From the human T2T-CHM13v2.0 reference genome, Homo sapiens: a stretch of 64,000 nucleotides of DNA. The position numbers were made by a program, and so were the translations under genes. Shown in pieces: positions 1 to 14,680 of the stretch. The stretch lies in NCBI RefSeq assembly GCF_009914755.1, contig NC_060940.1, one strand, 5' to 3'. Numbering within the stretch: the stretch's first letter is position 1; every line of letters starts with the position of its first letter. Under the pieces are notes generated by a model, which saw only the letters and a list, made by a program, of their open reading frames with translations, was not told where the DNA came from and did no database searches.

Positions 1-157
<157 letters not shown>

Positions 158-1652
158 TTAATATTCTTCCTCATATTTTGATAAATCAAAAGATAATTGT
201 TCTTGAATTGGGAAGCTTTTAAAAAAATCACATTCAATCTAAGAAAAATGATTATAAATGTGCCAGTTAAAAAATGTTTAGCATTCTTCTCAGGGCTTTT
301 CATCTAGATCAGGAAAATTAGGATTATCCGTGTCACTTGGGCATTAGAATGAAGTTTTCCTGAGAACTGCAGTCAGGTTTTTGGCATGGCTGGCCTTCTG
401 TTGGTCATATGGTGGGCATGGGACGGAAGATGGCTCAATGTTTGCCGCAGCTGTCCATGCCCCTCTACGCCATCCACAAGCCTCTGACCGAGTTGTCCGT
501 GCGTGCACTTGAGCGTTTCTTGCAGGAGAGGCCGGGGCCAAAGGAACGCTTCAGTTGCAGCTGGGCTGTGCTAAGGGGCCTCAGCAGGAGCAGCCCTTGG
601 GGGCCAGAGCCCAGGCTCTTCCAGCAACAGGAAGGACCTTTCTTCCCTGTGCAGCACCTGTCGAACATAACATGCTGGACTCCCTCGTTCATTCCCGGCA
701 GAGAAGCGCTCCCCTCACTCCCCACAGAGCCCTGCTATGCCGGGCATTCAGACCAGCCAGAGGTGGGGGAGCCTGTGAGTAAAGTGGAGAATTGGAGGTG
801 TGGTGCCACCCTGACCACAGCACCTTTCTTCTCCCTGAGGCCACCTCCTCAAATACTCTTCTTGGCCACAGATGAGGGCCCGGCTGTGGTTGGCAGATCT
901 TTTGGGAGAGAACTGGATGGGTGGGGGGTGGGAGAGTTGCCATGTGTCCCAGTCTCAGGGCGGCCGCTCCCTCAGTGTCTGTCGTCTTGGGATTGGCAGT
1001 GTCGCTTCCTCGTACTTCAGTGCCCTCTTCACTGCAGTGGGGTGGCAGCAGCACCTGCTCAGGAAGTTGGTGGGCTTCGCTGGGCGCACACGGCCCACCT
1101 GGCACTCACCAGCCTCCGGGCTGCCCTTGGCAGGTGCCGTCCACACTCCAGCACTCAGGGAGGGGCGGTGCACATCCTCAAAAACTGACCACACTGGCAC
1201 TGGTGCCCAGGTGGTGAGTAGGCGGGCTGTGGTCTGCAGACAGAAGCTTTACCCTGTGCACATACGAGGAGTAACTCATTTGAGTGACGTCACTGGACTG
1301 CGGCCCTTAGAGCCTCCTGACGCGGAGGTGGGCCTTTCACTTCTGCCTTTTGCATGTGTGAATGTGTGTGTGTGTGTGATTTTAGAGATACTGTTTTAAA
1401 ACTGCGTACTCAAAGCATTAGTTAATTAACTAGGAAGTATCGTCTTGTGAAAATGATGACCAGGACGGAACCTTTTAAAGCAGGTCATCTGAACCTCATC
1501 GCTGTAAAGCAATCTGACTACAAAGTTCATTCTTTCACGTGAATTAAACGGTTTGGTAAAGAAATACTCAGCATAACGTGGACGTGCTCTAGTGATCTTA
1601 GGGAGCTGTGAGCTCGTGCAGTCTTGGGTGGGAGTTGGCATTGTTTATGTTC

Positions 1653-1885
<233 letters not shown>

Positions 1886-1916
1886 TGTTTGTGTTCTTTA
1901 AAATCCATATCATGTT

Positions 1917-2301
<385 letters not shown>

Positions 2302-3529
2302 TTAAAATCCCAAGCCAGAGCTCCCGGGGCTGCCAGGAGTTTGGGCTTGATGCGGGTCACGTAACGCAGGACACCAGGGTGGGGAAGGGCCCAAAGTAAG
2401 ATACCACCAGGGTGGGGAAGGGCCAAGAATGCTTGCCCCAGTTCCTTGGCGAAAACTGCCAGTTTCTCCCCACATCTCCGTTAGGTAGTGAGAGTGTCAG
2501 TCAAGGCAGTATTTTCATGCACGTCAGTGAATGGGCCTTGCTCCTTCCCCCAAACCAGGAAGCTGAGTTTGGCCCCCTGCTTGGGTGTGCATCAGTCAGG
2601 CTTGGTAGAATGGAACAGGGTGCATGTTTGTTCTTTCAGCCCTCATTGGAGCTCAAAGATCAGTGCCCATGGGTGTGAGCTGGGATGGCTGTAGGTGGCA
2701 TCCTTATTCAAATCCAGACTCCTCCTGAACATGTCCAGAAGGGCAGTAATTCAGGGCGCCGGGCCTCACTGGAGTCTGATGTTCTTAGTGGGAACAGCCC
2801 TAGTGTACTCCTAATAGTCACCCAGAACAGCTGTTCTCCCCACAGAGCACAGAGCACTCCTGCAGACCACGTTCAGGTCCTCAGAGGATTTAAAATACCA
2901 GTGAGCTAGGAATGTGGTACATAGTGAACTCCTTCCTATGTTTGGTGTACTTGGCAGTAATGCACCCAAATGTTGGGTTTGACTGTGCTTTCTTTTTACA
3001 CTGCTATGACTATGTCCTGTCACTTAAACATTTTGAAGATTCTATCTGAATTTAACCCTGATTAGCAGGGTCCGCAAGGGCTTGGCCGAAGCAAACACTG
3101 GGACTTAGGGGGCTGTCCCCTGGGGAGGGCAGGAAAGCTGATGGGTGATGGGACGTGCAGGGCCCGCTCAAAGAGCACCAAGGCCTGCTGGGCCCTCTGA
3201 CTTGTGTGGCTTCCGCAGCTGGCCGTGACTTTGTCATACCAGTTTTTCAATTTGGACACTGAAATATGAGTAGAATTTTGGTATATCATATAGGGGATAG
3301 TCACTTACCAGAGTTTAAAATAGCAAGAGGTACATTTGCTATGGTTCTGATTAATTTGATGTGATTGAAGACTTAGCCAACTAAAAATAATTTTCCGGAA
3401 GCATCTAATGATTTGGAGAAATAACTAATGTGCCTCATTGAGGAGATTGCAGCACAATTGTAGAACTAAATAAAGCGCAGACACGATATGGGAGGTTGGA
3501 TTTCAGTAATGGAGGAAAGAAGGGGCCAG

Positions 3530-4005
3530 AAGAAAGGACGTCCATTCTAACAGTGTTCTCGGTATTGAATCGGCGCTCACCGCAGATTTAAGAAAGGACA
3601 TCGATTCTAACAGTATTCTCGGTATCGAGTCGGCGCTCACCACGGATTAAAGAAAGGTGGATTCTAACAGTGTTCTTGGTATCGAATCGGCGCTCACCAC
3701 AGATTAAAGAAAGGGCATCGATTCTAACAGTGTTCTCGGTATTAAATCTGCACTCACCACAGATTAAAGAAAGGAGGTGGATTCTAACAGTGTTCTTGGT
3801 ATTGAATCGGCGCTCACAACAGATTAAAGAAAGGACGTCCATTCTAACGGTGTTCTTGGTATCAAATCGGCACTCACCACAGATTAAAGAAAGGAGGTGG
3901 ATTCTAACAGTGTTCTCGGTATGGAATAGGAGCTCACCACAGATTAAAGAAAGGACATCGATTCTAACAGTGTTCTCGGTATCGAATTGGCGCTCACCAC
4001 AGATT
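3530..4005. repeat. Minisatellite, 60-bp unit, about 8 copies
   Basis: Successive 60-nt lines align in register: AAGAAAGGACGTCCATTCTAACAGTGTTCTCGGTATTGAATCGGCGCTCACCACAGATT. Confidence 0.97.
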
Positions 4006-4104
4006 CTGACCTCAAGGTTGAAGGCGCTGAAGTCAGTGTCTTCGTCAGGTGTGGGGTGCGGGGTCTTTGAGACTGCACGGTGCACTGGACTCTCGTGTTG
4101 GCAA

Positions 4105-4833
4105 AGCTCTGCAGACCACATGTTTCCTCTGCTCTCACACCGTGACCATCATCAACACACAAAAAGACTGCTGGGACCAAACGTGGGGTTTTTTCTGGAC
4201 ACAGCAAGCAGTGGACACCAGCTGGGTGTCCTCTAATTCAGTTCTGACACGGAGACAGCGTCGGATCCCATGGGTTGAGGGCTCGGGGACTGCCGCCCAA
4301 CCACACCAGTTGCAAGTTCGGGCCTCAGAACTTCTGGCCAACCGGCTTCAGGTTGGGCTTCCCACGACCCGTCTTTGGGTTTGATTAATTTGCTGGAGTG
4401 GCTTGCAGAGCTCAGGGAAGTACTTTTGTTTACTGTGTTTATTATCATAAAGAATACTACATAGGCTACGGGTGTGGAGACACATCCCGGCGAGGTACGG
4501 GGGAAGGGGCACAGAGCTTCCAGGCCTTCCCTGGGCACCATCCTCCAGGACCTGCTGGACCAGCTGCCTGGAAGCTCACTGAACCTGCCCTCTTGGGTTT
4601 TTATGGAAACTTCGTGACATTAGCATTCCTTCCCCAGGGTCTAGGGCAGGACCCTCTCATGGGAGGGTCTTAAGACCCACAGTCAGCAAGCAGGGGGATC
4701 ATTAGAGTGAAAGGAGGGTGAGAGCCCGCCCCTGAGGTCCACACACCTGGCATCATAACAAGAGACGAACCAGGGCTGTGGGAGTTAGGGGCCAGGAACC
4801 AGGGACAAAAGCAGTATCTCTCGTAAACACCAC
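4105..4833 (-). mobile_element. MER21-family LTR (MER21A-like)
   Basis: Recalled MER21 blocks: TCTGCTCTCACACC, GGACACCAGCTGGGTGTCCTCTAATTC, GATTAATTTGCTGGAGTGGCT..AGAGCTCAGGGAA, ending in CACCACA. Confidence 0.75.
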
Positions 4834-5301
4834 AGCTCTTCAGAGGGTTTTTCAGGTGGAGTCACGGGGGAGATGGCTGGACTCAGGCACTCCAGGAATG
4901 GAGAGTGCTGTGGCCACACGCTCAGTGACACGACGCCCCAGCCACACGGCATCCGACGAACACCAGACATCTCTAATGCGTTTCAGTGTGCCAGAAGGAA
5001 AACATGTTTCCTCCTCCCTCTGATTTCTTTACAGACAATTGTTTTCTTGGGGATTTAGATTACATACAGCATAGGAAATGTGTTGTTCTAATTGGAGTAT
5101 AATATGATATTCTTCCAATTAAGAACCCTCTTCAGGAAAGAGCTGGTGTGTGGGCGTGGCCGGCTGGTGAGCTTCTCAGTCACGTTCACAGGGATGGGAA
5201 TCCTTGTCCTCCGGTCTTATTCCTGATGTGTCAGTGAAGATTAACAGGGATAGATCCAGCTAAACATAGCCAAGATGCTATCTAGCTAGCTAGCCAGCTA
5301 A

Positions 5302-5587
<286 letters not shown>

Positions 5588-5814
5588 GACAAGATGGTTT
5601 TAAACTAATAGCTGTGCCTCTTTAAGACACACACTTGTTAATGGTTGTGTTGAGCATCTTGAACTGCCAGCGGCCTAAGTGGCGTTGCAGCCCACAGGAG
5701 TCTCATCCAGACCTGGCGGAATTAGGACCAGGCACGAGTGAGCCTGATTGTGTAAGAGCATCTGCACTCAGAAACCCATCATTTGGATAAGTGTGAGGGG
5801 TGTGTATTGGCTGT

Positions 5815-6118
5815 TTTTTCATTTTAATTTTTTGTTTTTAGAGACAGTCTCACTCTGTTGTCGAGGCTGGAGTGCAGTGGTGCAGTCACGGCTCACTGCA
5901 ACCTCTGCCTCCAGGTTCAAGCAATCCTCCCACCTCAGCCTCCCGAGTAGCTGGGACTACAGGTGCGCACCACCACGACCTGCTAATTTTTTTATTTTTA
6001 TAGAGACGGGGTTTTGCCCTGTTGCACAGACTGGTCTCAAACTCCTGCGCTCAAGCGATCCGCCTGCCTCAGCCTCCCAAAGTGCTAGGATTATGGATGT
6101 GAGCCACCACACCCAGCC
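5815..6118 (-). mobile_element. AluJ-like element
   Basis: Reverse-complement Alu from GAGACAGTCTCACTCTGTTG to CACACCCAGCC. Confidence 0.9.
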
Positions 6119-7679
6119 TGCTTGTTTCTCATCTGCTTGCTGGTAGGTTGCAGAGATCCCAGAACCCCGTAGAATGCTAACCTGCATAGCCAGCTGAGCA
6201 GTCACTCTTCTCCCGTGATCTCTTGCTGCCACAGCCAAGCTGTTGACCGCAGCACCCGGGTCCCTCCCGTGTAGTGGCGGGCCTCGCAGCATGAGATCAA
6301 GGCTCCAGGATGGGGGCTCCCCAGTGGTTTAGGGCTGAGGCCGCAGACCCCCTCGAACCTCTGTGGAAACTGTGCTTCCCTTGAGGGATGGGGCAAAATG
6401 TCCATGCCAGAATCTTGAATGTGAAAAGATTGAGGTGTGGGGCGGCCTGCAGGGTGTGGGTGGGGTACGGCACCTTTCAGGGCCTGTTGCTGCCCTGCAT
6501 GTGTAGATGTGGAGCTCCTTAAGGGCAGGACCCGTGCCCAGCACACATTGAGCTTGTAGAAAGTATGGGGTTTGCGGGAGCCCATGCCTCCTTCGGGCTC
6601 AGCCTCGGTGCCTCACGCGCAGTAGGCACATGGGAAGTGCGGCCATTCCCAGGCACTGCTGCAGTGCTGAGCGCGATGTGTTCCCACGTAGACATGGATT
6701 TGGTGAGCCACGGTTCCCTCTCTCAGGGGTGCCTTTCCCTGCCACAGTTGCAGGTTGTGGGGCTGGTCTGTCACCTTCAGTGTTGTGATCTCAGGAAGAT
6801 AGCAGCCCACCCACCTGACATAAAAATCCGCATAGAGAAATTCAGGATTTCTCTTGATTTATTAACTGTGTGCTTTGTTGAGGGCAGCTCGGCTGATGAT
6901 AAGTACATTTTTATAATTATGCATCATTAAATAGTAATTGTTAAATAGACTTACAGTTTTCTTTCCTATATTAAAAAATCTAGATTTAAAAAATCCAGAT
7001 TTATGCCATTTCTGTGGTATCGTTTGCATTCCATTCATCTCATTTGTTTGAGGAGTTTAAGAAAATAAAGTGAAGACCTAAACATTTCCTCACATGACCA
7101 AGAAATAATACTCCCAATCAGTATGTTTCTGGAATTGGTAGCTGCTACTAGCTGCCCTCAGATACCTCTTGAAGCACTGTATCTGGAGTTTCTCTCATTG
7201 GGCACTCTTAACAGCCAAGGACAGGCACCCATTCCTGGACAGATGCTGGTGTATTTGTTGTTCTAATTACTACTAAATTGTTACTAAAGAAAATCAAAAC
7301 AAAACACAAGAAAGATACGTAAGAGGTCACTTCAGCTCAAATGTAGCATATGGACATTCCCTGGCATATCCACGTCATCCTTAGAAAGCTGAAATACACC
7401 TTCTAAAGCATTGTGGCAAGCTAGCACTCTGCCTGCATTAACTCAGGGGCCCCTCTCTGAAGTTAGAGACTTGCTTTCTCCTATGTCTTCACCTGTCTTG
7501 CATTTCTGAAGAGAAATGAGATTAAATTTGGTGACTAGGTTGAGTGCTATTCTCATTTTGGAGATGAAGACAGTAGACAGGAGCTTTTCTAGGACCGTTC
7601 AAGGAGTTAAAGTCAGGGATACATCCAGAACTCAACTCTCATGATTCCTGAACATTGCCTGCAGATCCCCCAGAGCTCC

Positions 7680-9745
7680 ACCATCATCATCACCTCCACC
7701 TACTACCACTGCCAACACAACCACCTCTACCACCTCCGCCACTGTCATCTCCATCATCCTCACCATTATCATAATTGCCACCATCATCACAACCACCCTA
7801 ACAACTGCTATCACCACCACCTTGACCACTATCATCTCCATCATCATCACCAACCCAACCACCCTAACCACTACCACCACCACCTTTACCATTATCATCT
7901 CCATCATCATCACTAACATAACCACCTTAACAACCACTACCACTACCGCCTTCACCACTGTCATCTCCATCATTATCACCAACACAACCACCCTAACAAT
8001 CACTACCACCACCACCTTCTTCACTATCATCTCCATCATCATCACCAACACAACCACCTTAACCACTACCATCACCACCTTCACCACTATCATCTCCATC
8101 ATCATACCACCACAACCACTTCTACCACTACCATCTCCATCATTATCACCAACAGTCACCCTAACAAACACTACCATCACCATCACCCCTGTCATCTCCA
8201 TCATTATCACCAACCCAACCACCCTAACAACCACTACCACCCCCACCTCCACCACTGTCATCTCCATCATCATCATCACCAACACAACCATAACCACCTT
8301 AACAAACACTACCACCACCACCTCCACCACTATCATCTCCATCATTATCATCACCAACACAACCACCCTAACAACCACTACCACCCCCACCTCCTTCACT
8401 ATCATCACCGTCACCAACACAGTCCCCTTCACCACCACCACCACCTCTACCACTGTCATCTCCATCATCATCACCAACACAACCACCCTAACAGCCACTC
8501 CCACTCCCACCTCCTTCACTATCATCACCATCACCAACACAACCACCTTTACCACCACCACCACCTCTACCACTGTCATCTCCATCATCATCATCACCAA
8601 CACAACCACCTTCACCACCACCTCTACTGTCATCTCCATCATCATCACCAGCACAACCACAACCACCTTAACAAACACTACCACCACCACCTCCACCATC
8701 ATCTCCATCATCATCATCATCACCAACACAACCACCCTAACGACTACCACCCCCACCTCCTTCACTATCATCACCATCACCAACACAGTCACCTTCACCA
8801 CCACCACCACCACCTCTACCACTGTCATCTCCATCATCATCATCACCAACACAACCACCTTCACCACCACCTCTACTGTCATCTCCATCATCATCACCAA
8901 CACAGCCACCCTAACAACCACTACCACCACCACCTCTACTATCTCCATCATCACCAACACAACCACCTTAACAACCACTACCACCCCCACCTCCTTCACT
9001 ATCATCACCATCACCAACACAGTCCCCTTCACCACCACCACCACCTCTACCACTGTCATCTCCATCATCATCACCAACACAACCACCCTAACAGCCACTC
9101 CCACCTCCTTCACTATCATCACCATCACCAACACAACCACCTTTACCACCACCACCACCTCTACCACTGTCATCTCCATCATCATCATCACCAACACAAC
9201 CACCTTCACCACCACCTCTACTGTCATCTCCATCATCATCACCAGCACAACCACAACCACCTTAACAAACACTACCACCACCACCTCCACCATCATCTCC
9301 ATCATCATCATCATCACCAACACAACCACCCTAACGACTACCACCCCCACCTCCTTCACTATCATCACCATCACCAACACAGTCACCTTCACCACCACCA
9401 CCACCTCTACCACTGTCATCTCCATCATCATCATCACCAACACAACCACCTTCACCACTGTCATCTCCATCATCATCACCAACACAGCCACCCTAACAAC
9501 CACTACCACCACCACCTCTACTATCTCCATCATCACCAACACAACCACCTTAACAAACACTACCACCACCACCTCCACCACTATTATGTCCCTCATCCTC
9601 ACCACCACTACCAACAACACATCTATCACAGCATGACCTCTACCACCATTGTCCCTGTCACCCTCTCCGTTGCCCTTACCTCCGCCACCCCCACCACTCC
9701 CAGTGCTATCACAGCCATCAACAGCACCAGCACCAGCACCAGCAC
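7680..9745. repeat. About 2-kb compound (CAC/CAT/CAA)n low-complexity repeat with an internal ~600-bp duplication
   Basis: + strand nearly lacks G; lines 8401 and 9001 are almost identical, including the rare AGTCCCCTTC motif. Confidence 0.95.
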
Positions 9746-12700
9746 CGTCAAGGGGTCAAGTGAATTTCCTGATTATCCTGAGTTGTTTTCTAATCTATCT
9801 ACTTATTGGCCTCTCACCCTCTTCCTGTCGAGACTGAAATGACAGTGCTTCCTTTGCCTAGCTCATAGGAATATTTATGGAGGGTCAGTGGGCATGGCTT
9901 CTGTCCTTACTATGTAGGCCTTGAGTAGTAGCTTAGGTGTGATAGAAATGGAAGGTCCTCAGTGTTGCTTCAGGATAAAGCCTTCACAGTGTTGAATTTG
10001 GATTCTGCAGATTGAATCTAATGTGCAGTATGGTTTGAACAGTTAGTACCAAACTCTGTTCCTAGGGGGTATTATATCTATTGAGATGTTCAAATCTGGG
10101 TCAGTTCTTTCACTATATTTGGAAGATTTTCAGTCACATGGGAAGCTTTTCAAGGCTTGATTATTAATCATGCTGCTTAGATCATGAATCATGAAATTAT
10201 TTAGTACTGTTTCTAGTACGTGTGTATTTTAATACTTTTTTTTTGCCCTTTTTTGCCCTTTTTTTTTTTAAACAGATGTAGCTAATGTTACCTAAGATGT
10301 GCACGAACAAAGCTTATATATGTTTATAGGCTAAACAATGTGAAATCACTGGAAAAGCTAGGAGGTATTTTGTGTATGTTCTGGTAAACCCATCTGTAAT
10401 CCATACACCCACCCACCCCCTCCGCACACACACCCCTGAATGATTGAATATGTGTACGTACACATGACGCGTGTACATTTAGTAAAGTTAAGCAAAGCAG
10501 TGACGGATCCAGGGCGTTCCCACTGTGCACCTGTGCAATGACTTGACCAGGGTTCAGCTGACGGCAGGCTTGGTGACCTTGAAGCTTTTCAGCTTCTCTC
10601 CCATCTTTGGCATTTGTATTCCTCCTGATACTTCGCTTAAGAGTAAGTTTCAGAAGGCTTCAGAATCTTTTTCCATGAAATAAGGCCTTCTAGACCCAGC
10701 TGGGAAAAAGATTAGAAGACATGGGAAATGTCCAACATTTTACGTGTAGGATTTTTTTGGAGAGAGCGAGGAGAAGGAGTGTGTGTGTGCAGGGTGTCTT
10801 TATCTATAGCTGAAAAATGGCCTCTTGTATTTCCAGGAGGCTTTAGGCCACTCTAAATGGTTTGTCACAGAAGGAGGATCATCTCGCCTTCCTAGACACA
10901 CACCCTATGTCACTTGTAATAAAAATGCTCCCATCAAGAAAATATATTCCTGCATTACATGCCAAAACACAAGCAGAAATCTTGGAGACTCTCAGTGGTT
11001 TAGGGAATTAATCTCTTATGGAGAAGCCTTCTCTACCAGAAATGGTGGAAAATGTAATTTAAATCATAAAAGGTCTGAAGTGGAGTGAGTTTGGTGTTGA
11101 CTAGTCCCAAGAAACCCCCTGGGAAAGGTGTGGAGCTGCCCGCATGCCTCCTGCTGCCTTGCTGGGGGGCTCAGGCCCACCTGGACAGCTGGCTCTTCAG
11201 CTTCCTTGCCCTGTCTGGGGAGGTGGGGCCCTGACTTACAAAGGGAGGCCGTGGTGTCTCCTGCCTGTGGCTCTGACACTGGAGGGGTCCTTGTGGCCCC
11301 TAACAGGCTTGCCGCATGCAGCAGAGTGTTCTGAGAGTGTGGAGTGGCTGTGGAACTCCAAGGACTCTCTGCTTCTTTGCTTCTTGGTCTGTTTTGGCAA
11401 GCAGCAAGGAAGGTAGTTTCAGGCTTGAGTGATGACTAGTCAGTAAAATAGGTGTACTAATTTGAGGACTATCATTTTTGTCCCATTGAATTTCTTGGGA
11501 CACTGTCTGTGGTTGCAGCGTAGAAGAATCTTTAAGTCAGGCAAGGGCCCAGGACAAGCTGGACAAAGTGTTTGGCTGGGAAGCGTATTCTCTCTCTTTT
11601 TTTTTTTTTTTAGAGAGAGAACTTAGATGAAATGATGACTGAAATGTACACTTTCAGTGTTTTACTCAGTTGAAACAATGGTGCCTTCGAAGGGCTCGCT
11701 GTTAGCTGAAGCTGAAATGTCTTTATCACAACCCCTGAGATGCTCCCACTGCTCTGGTCACGCTTCACGCTGGCCCCTGCACTCCTGGCCCTTTTGTTTA
11801 GCCCCGCATCAGACTCTGTGATGTCAGACAGTGGTGGCAGGCCTGATGATTCGAAGATTGTTTTTGATCAATTTTACCATTTTCAAATATATATTTAAAA
11901 GGTTATTCATTTCTATTACCTGTCATACCCAGTGTAGTATACTTAGCAACACTGAGTGATCATTGAGTGAATGAATACAATGGCAACTGTTGCCAAGTTA
12001 GCAGTTAGTTATATGATGCACACATTGAAGACATTTGGAAATACTCTTGTTTGAGCCATTTAAAACTACGGCTTACGTTCACCAGATCTTTAATCATGAA
12101 AACATATAGAACAGTACTGATTTAAAACTCTGTAACTCAAAAAGCAGAAAAAGTGTGATTTCTGAATAACTTTACAAATCCTTTTGGTGGGATCCAAATG
12201 TGAGAACTTTTTCTGAATAAGGGAGTTTTGGTGATTCTTTGGGTGTTCTGAGACTTTTCTGTTGCCGTTGTTGAGCTGTGTCTGCCTTTTCTGGTGGGCG
12301 GGCCTGCCGTGTTGTGGTGGGGAGCGACTTCACACAGCTGGCACGGGATGCTTCGAAGTGGGGTACGGGCCAGCCGCCAAGAGCTCACCCAGCGCGCCTG
12401 TTGCTTTGGGTGCCTCTGTGGGGAGCAGCTAATGGATGTGTAGACTCTTTTGCCCCAAGAATTATCTTCTGGAAGGCTACCAGAGTAGCTGCCTGCGAAA
12501 GGAAACCTGGGCGTTACTGCTGCACCAGGATTCCTGGCCTCCAGAGGAAGGATGGTGGCTGAAGGTGAGCCTTCTCCAGGGGGATGCCCTGGAGACTCTT
12601 GCGGTCCCCTCCACGTGTTCACCTCGTCAGAGTCAAGAAACGAGGAGTGAAAAACACCCCTCAGGTCGCTTCATGCTGATTCTGTTTAGGCCCCGGCTTT

Positions 12701-14185
12701 TCCCTCATGCAAAATGCAGGCACTCTGACTGGCCCACGTTGTGTAAAATTGGAAGAATGTTCTTCACACCCTTCATGTTGGCAATGTTTGGGTCCTGGTT
12801 CTTACATCCCAGAAGGGAAGTTGCGGCACTGTGCGAGACAGTCTGACTTCTGACAAGTAAGAGAGATGGCGGGGCCATCTGGGTGGGGCGGGGGGGGGTG
12901 CGTGCAGTGACTCGCGCTGGCCCTGTCCCCGCACCCTGGACTCCAGGGCAAGTGGTGCTGGCCGGATGCCCACAGTGAGGAGGTGCGGGGCACGCAGCGA
13001 GCACTTTCCGGACAGTGCGGTGCGGGGCAGCGAGTGGCCGCCTGTGTTCCGACAAGCCAGGCGCCGAGGCTCGGTGTGGGCCCGTGGGCCTGATTGAAGT
13101 CACACTCCTGCCCCCTTAAACTATGAAACGGCGGAGTTACACGGGAAGAAAGGGTTCAAGCGTAATATAATTTCCTACCTTTTTTTCACTCTGAGAGTGA
13201 ACCGCTGAGTGGCTGTTAAATTCATTGTGTATTTACGAGGAATCTTTCATCTAGAGACTGTAGATGCAGGACTGTGCCCGTGCCTGGTTAAAACGTTGAA
13301 GCTGGTGCTAAAGTGTGTTGAGGTGCCTGAAAGAGAAGCTTTTGTTTTTTGACTCACTGGCCTTTGGGAAACTGAAGGACAGTGCGAACAAAGATCCCTT
13401 TCTTCCTCAAATGGGAGCTTGGGATTTGTTGGGTTTCACGCAGGTGGGCCCGAGGAGGACGGCAGGCAGGGCCAGGACGTGCTGATGTCAGGCGCCTTCG
13501 TCGACTGAGCTCCTTCCTGGGCCCTGTAAGGCCTTAGGTGTAAAAATGGGGCTTGGTCCGCAGCAGGGCCCAGTTCCACGGCAGTGCTGTGGCTTCCTAA
13601 GTGACTCAAGCACAGGGGTCATTTCTGATCCACAGACCAGAGCTTCGGGGGATTCCTCTTCACTCTGACCACCTGACAGGCTGTTTCCTCTCACACAGGC
13701 AGTACAGGGGAACGTGGCCAAGGTTTAATAAAACCCACCACCATCGTTCTTTCCATTTTCTCTAAGGAGTCGCAGCCCCAGATGAAACGTGTGTGTCCTG
13801 CCCCGGGGTTTGTAGGAAGCCTGTGGTATCTGAGACCATGGGACTGGGAGGTTGTAATTAAGAAGCAACTCGGACCCATGGCTGCTCTTGGCTGCATTGT
13901 GTAATTGGCTCTGGACATAAAATATGCATCAAGGGTAGAAAAGTAACCTAGAATTATTTTCATGTGTAGACAATCTCTTATTTATAATGTTCAGGGCATT
14001 GTTTACGTTGACTCCCAAAGTGAGATCAACGAAAAGCCCATAAAGTGGCCCCTGCCGGCTTTTCCTTCTGCCTCCTGGTGGGCCCCTGAGCCGCTGCTCC
14101 TGCTTTCGGCAGCTGCTCCTCCAGTGGTGTCCCTCACGCCCAGTGTGTATCAGGGATGTTGCCTGGTCGGAACCCCTGTACCGCA

Positions 14186-14315
14186 GTGCTGTGGTCCGTG
14201 CTCCTGCTGGTGTGCTGAGGTCCGTGCTCCTGCTGGTGTGCTGAGGTCCGTGCTCCTGCTGGTGTGCTGAGGTCCGTGCTCCTGCTGGTGTGCTGTGGTC
14301 CATGCTCCTGCTGGT
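14186..14315. repeat. Minisatellite, 26-bp unit, 5 copies
   Basis: GTGCTG(A/T)GGTCCGTGCTCCTGCTGGT at 26-nt spacing. Confidence 0.95.
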
Positions 14316-14419
14316 GGCGGGGCATGACCTTGAGGAGAGTAGGGATGCTCCTGGAGGCTCTGCTGTAAGGGCAGGTGGGGGTGGGGTGGGGCGGGCGGAG
14401 GTGTGTGAAGGTGTGGAGA

Positions 14420-14680
14420 GGGGGCACTGCCTTCCCTCTCGGCAGTGCTTGCTGTTCCTGGGCTTGATACCACACTGTTCCAATCTCTGCCTCTCCTCTG
14501 CTTCTCTGTGTTCAAATCTGCTTCTTTTCATAAGGCCCCTGTCACTGGGTTCGGGCCCACCTGAGCCCAGTGTGGCCTCACTTTAACTTAAATTTGCAAA
14601 GACCCTGTTTTCAATTAAGCCCAAGTTCACAGGTATCAGAGGTTATTGAGTTGCTTTTTAAGGGACACGGTTCAGGCCAC
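14420..14680 (-). mobile_element. MLT1 (MaLR) LTR fragment
   Basis: Reverse of the MLT1 5' part: GGGCCCACC, TTTGCAAAGACCCTGTTTTC, TTCACAGGTA, GGGACACGGTTCA. Confidence 0.6.

Noticed and set aside
409-1188. 259-aa ORF
   Set aside because: GC-rich intronic sequence with overlapping ORFs in several frames and no recognisable protein family
3588-4236. ORFs with a 20-aa Cys/His repeat resembling zinc fingers (ICGERRF..H)
   Set aside because: Translation of the 60-bp minisatellite; lacks C2H2 spacing
7632-9636. 665-aa (-) V/M-rich and 604-aa (+) T/I-rich mucin-like ORFs
   Set aside because: Produced by an in-phase CAC/CAT repeat that rarely makes stop codons; intronic, no splice or promoter context, no domain
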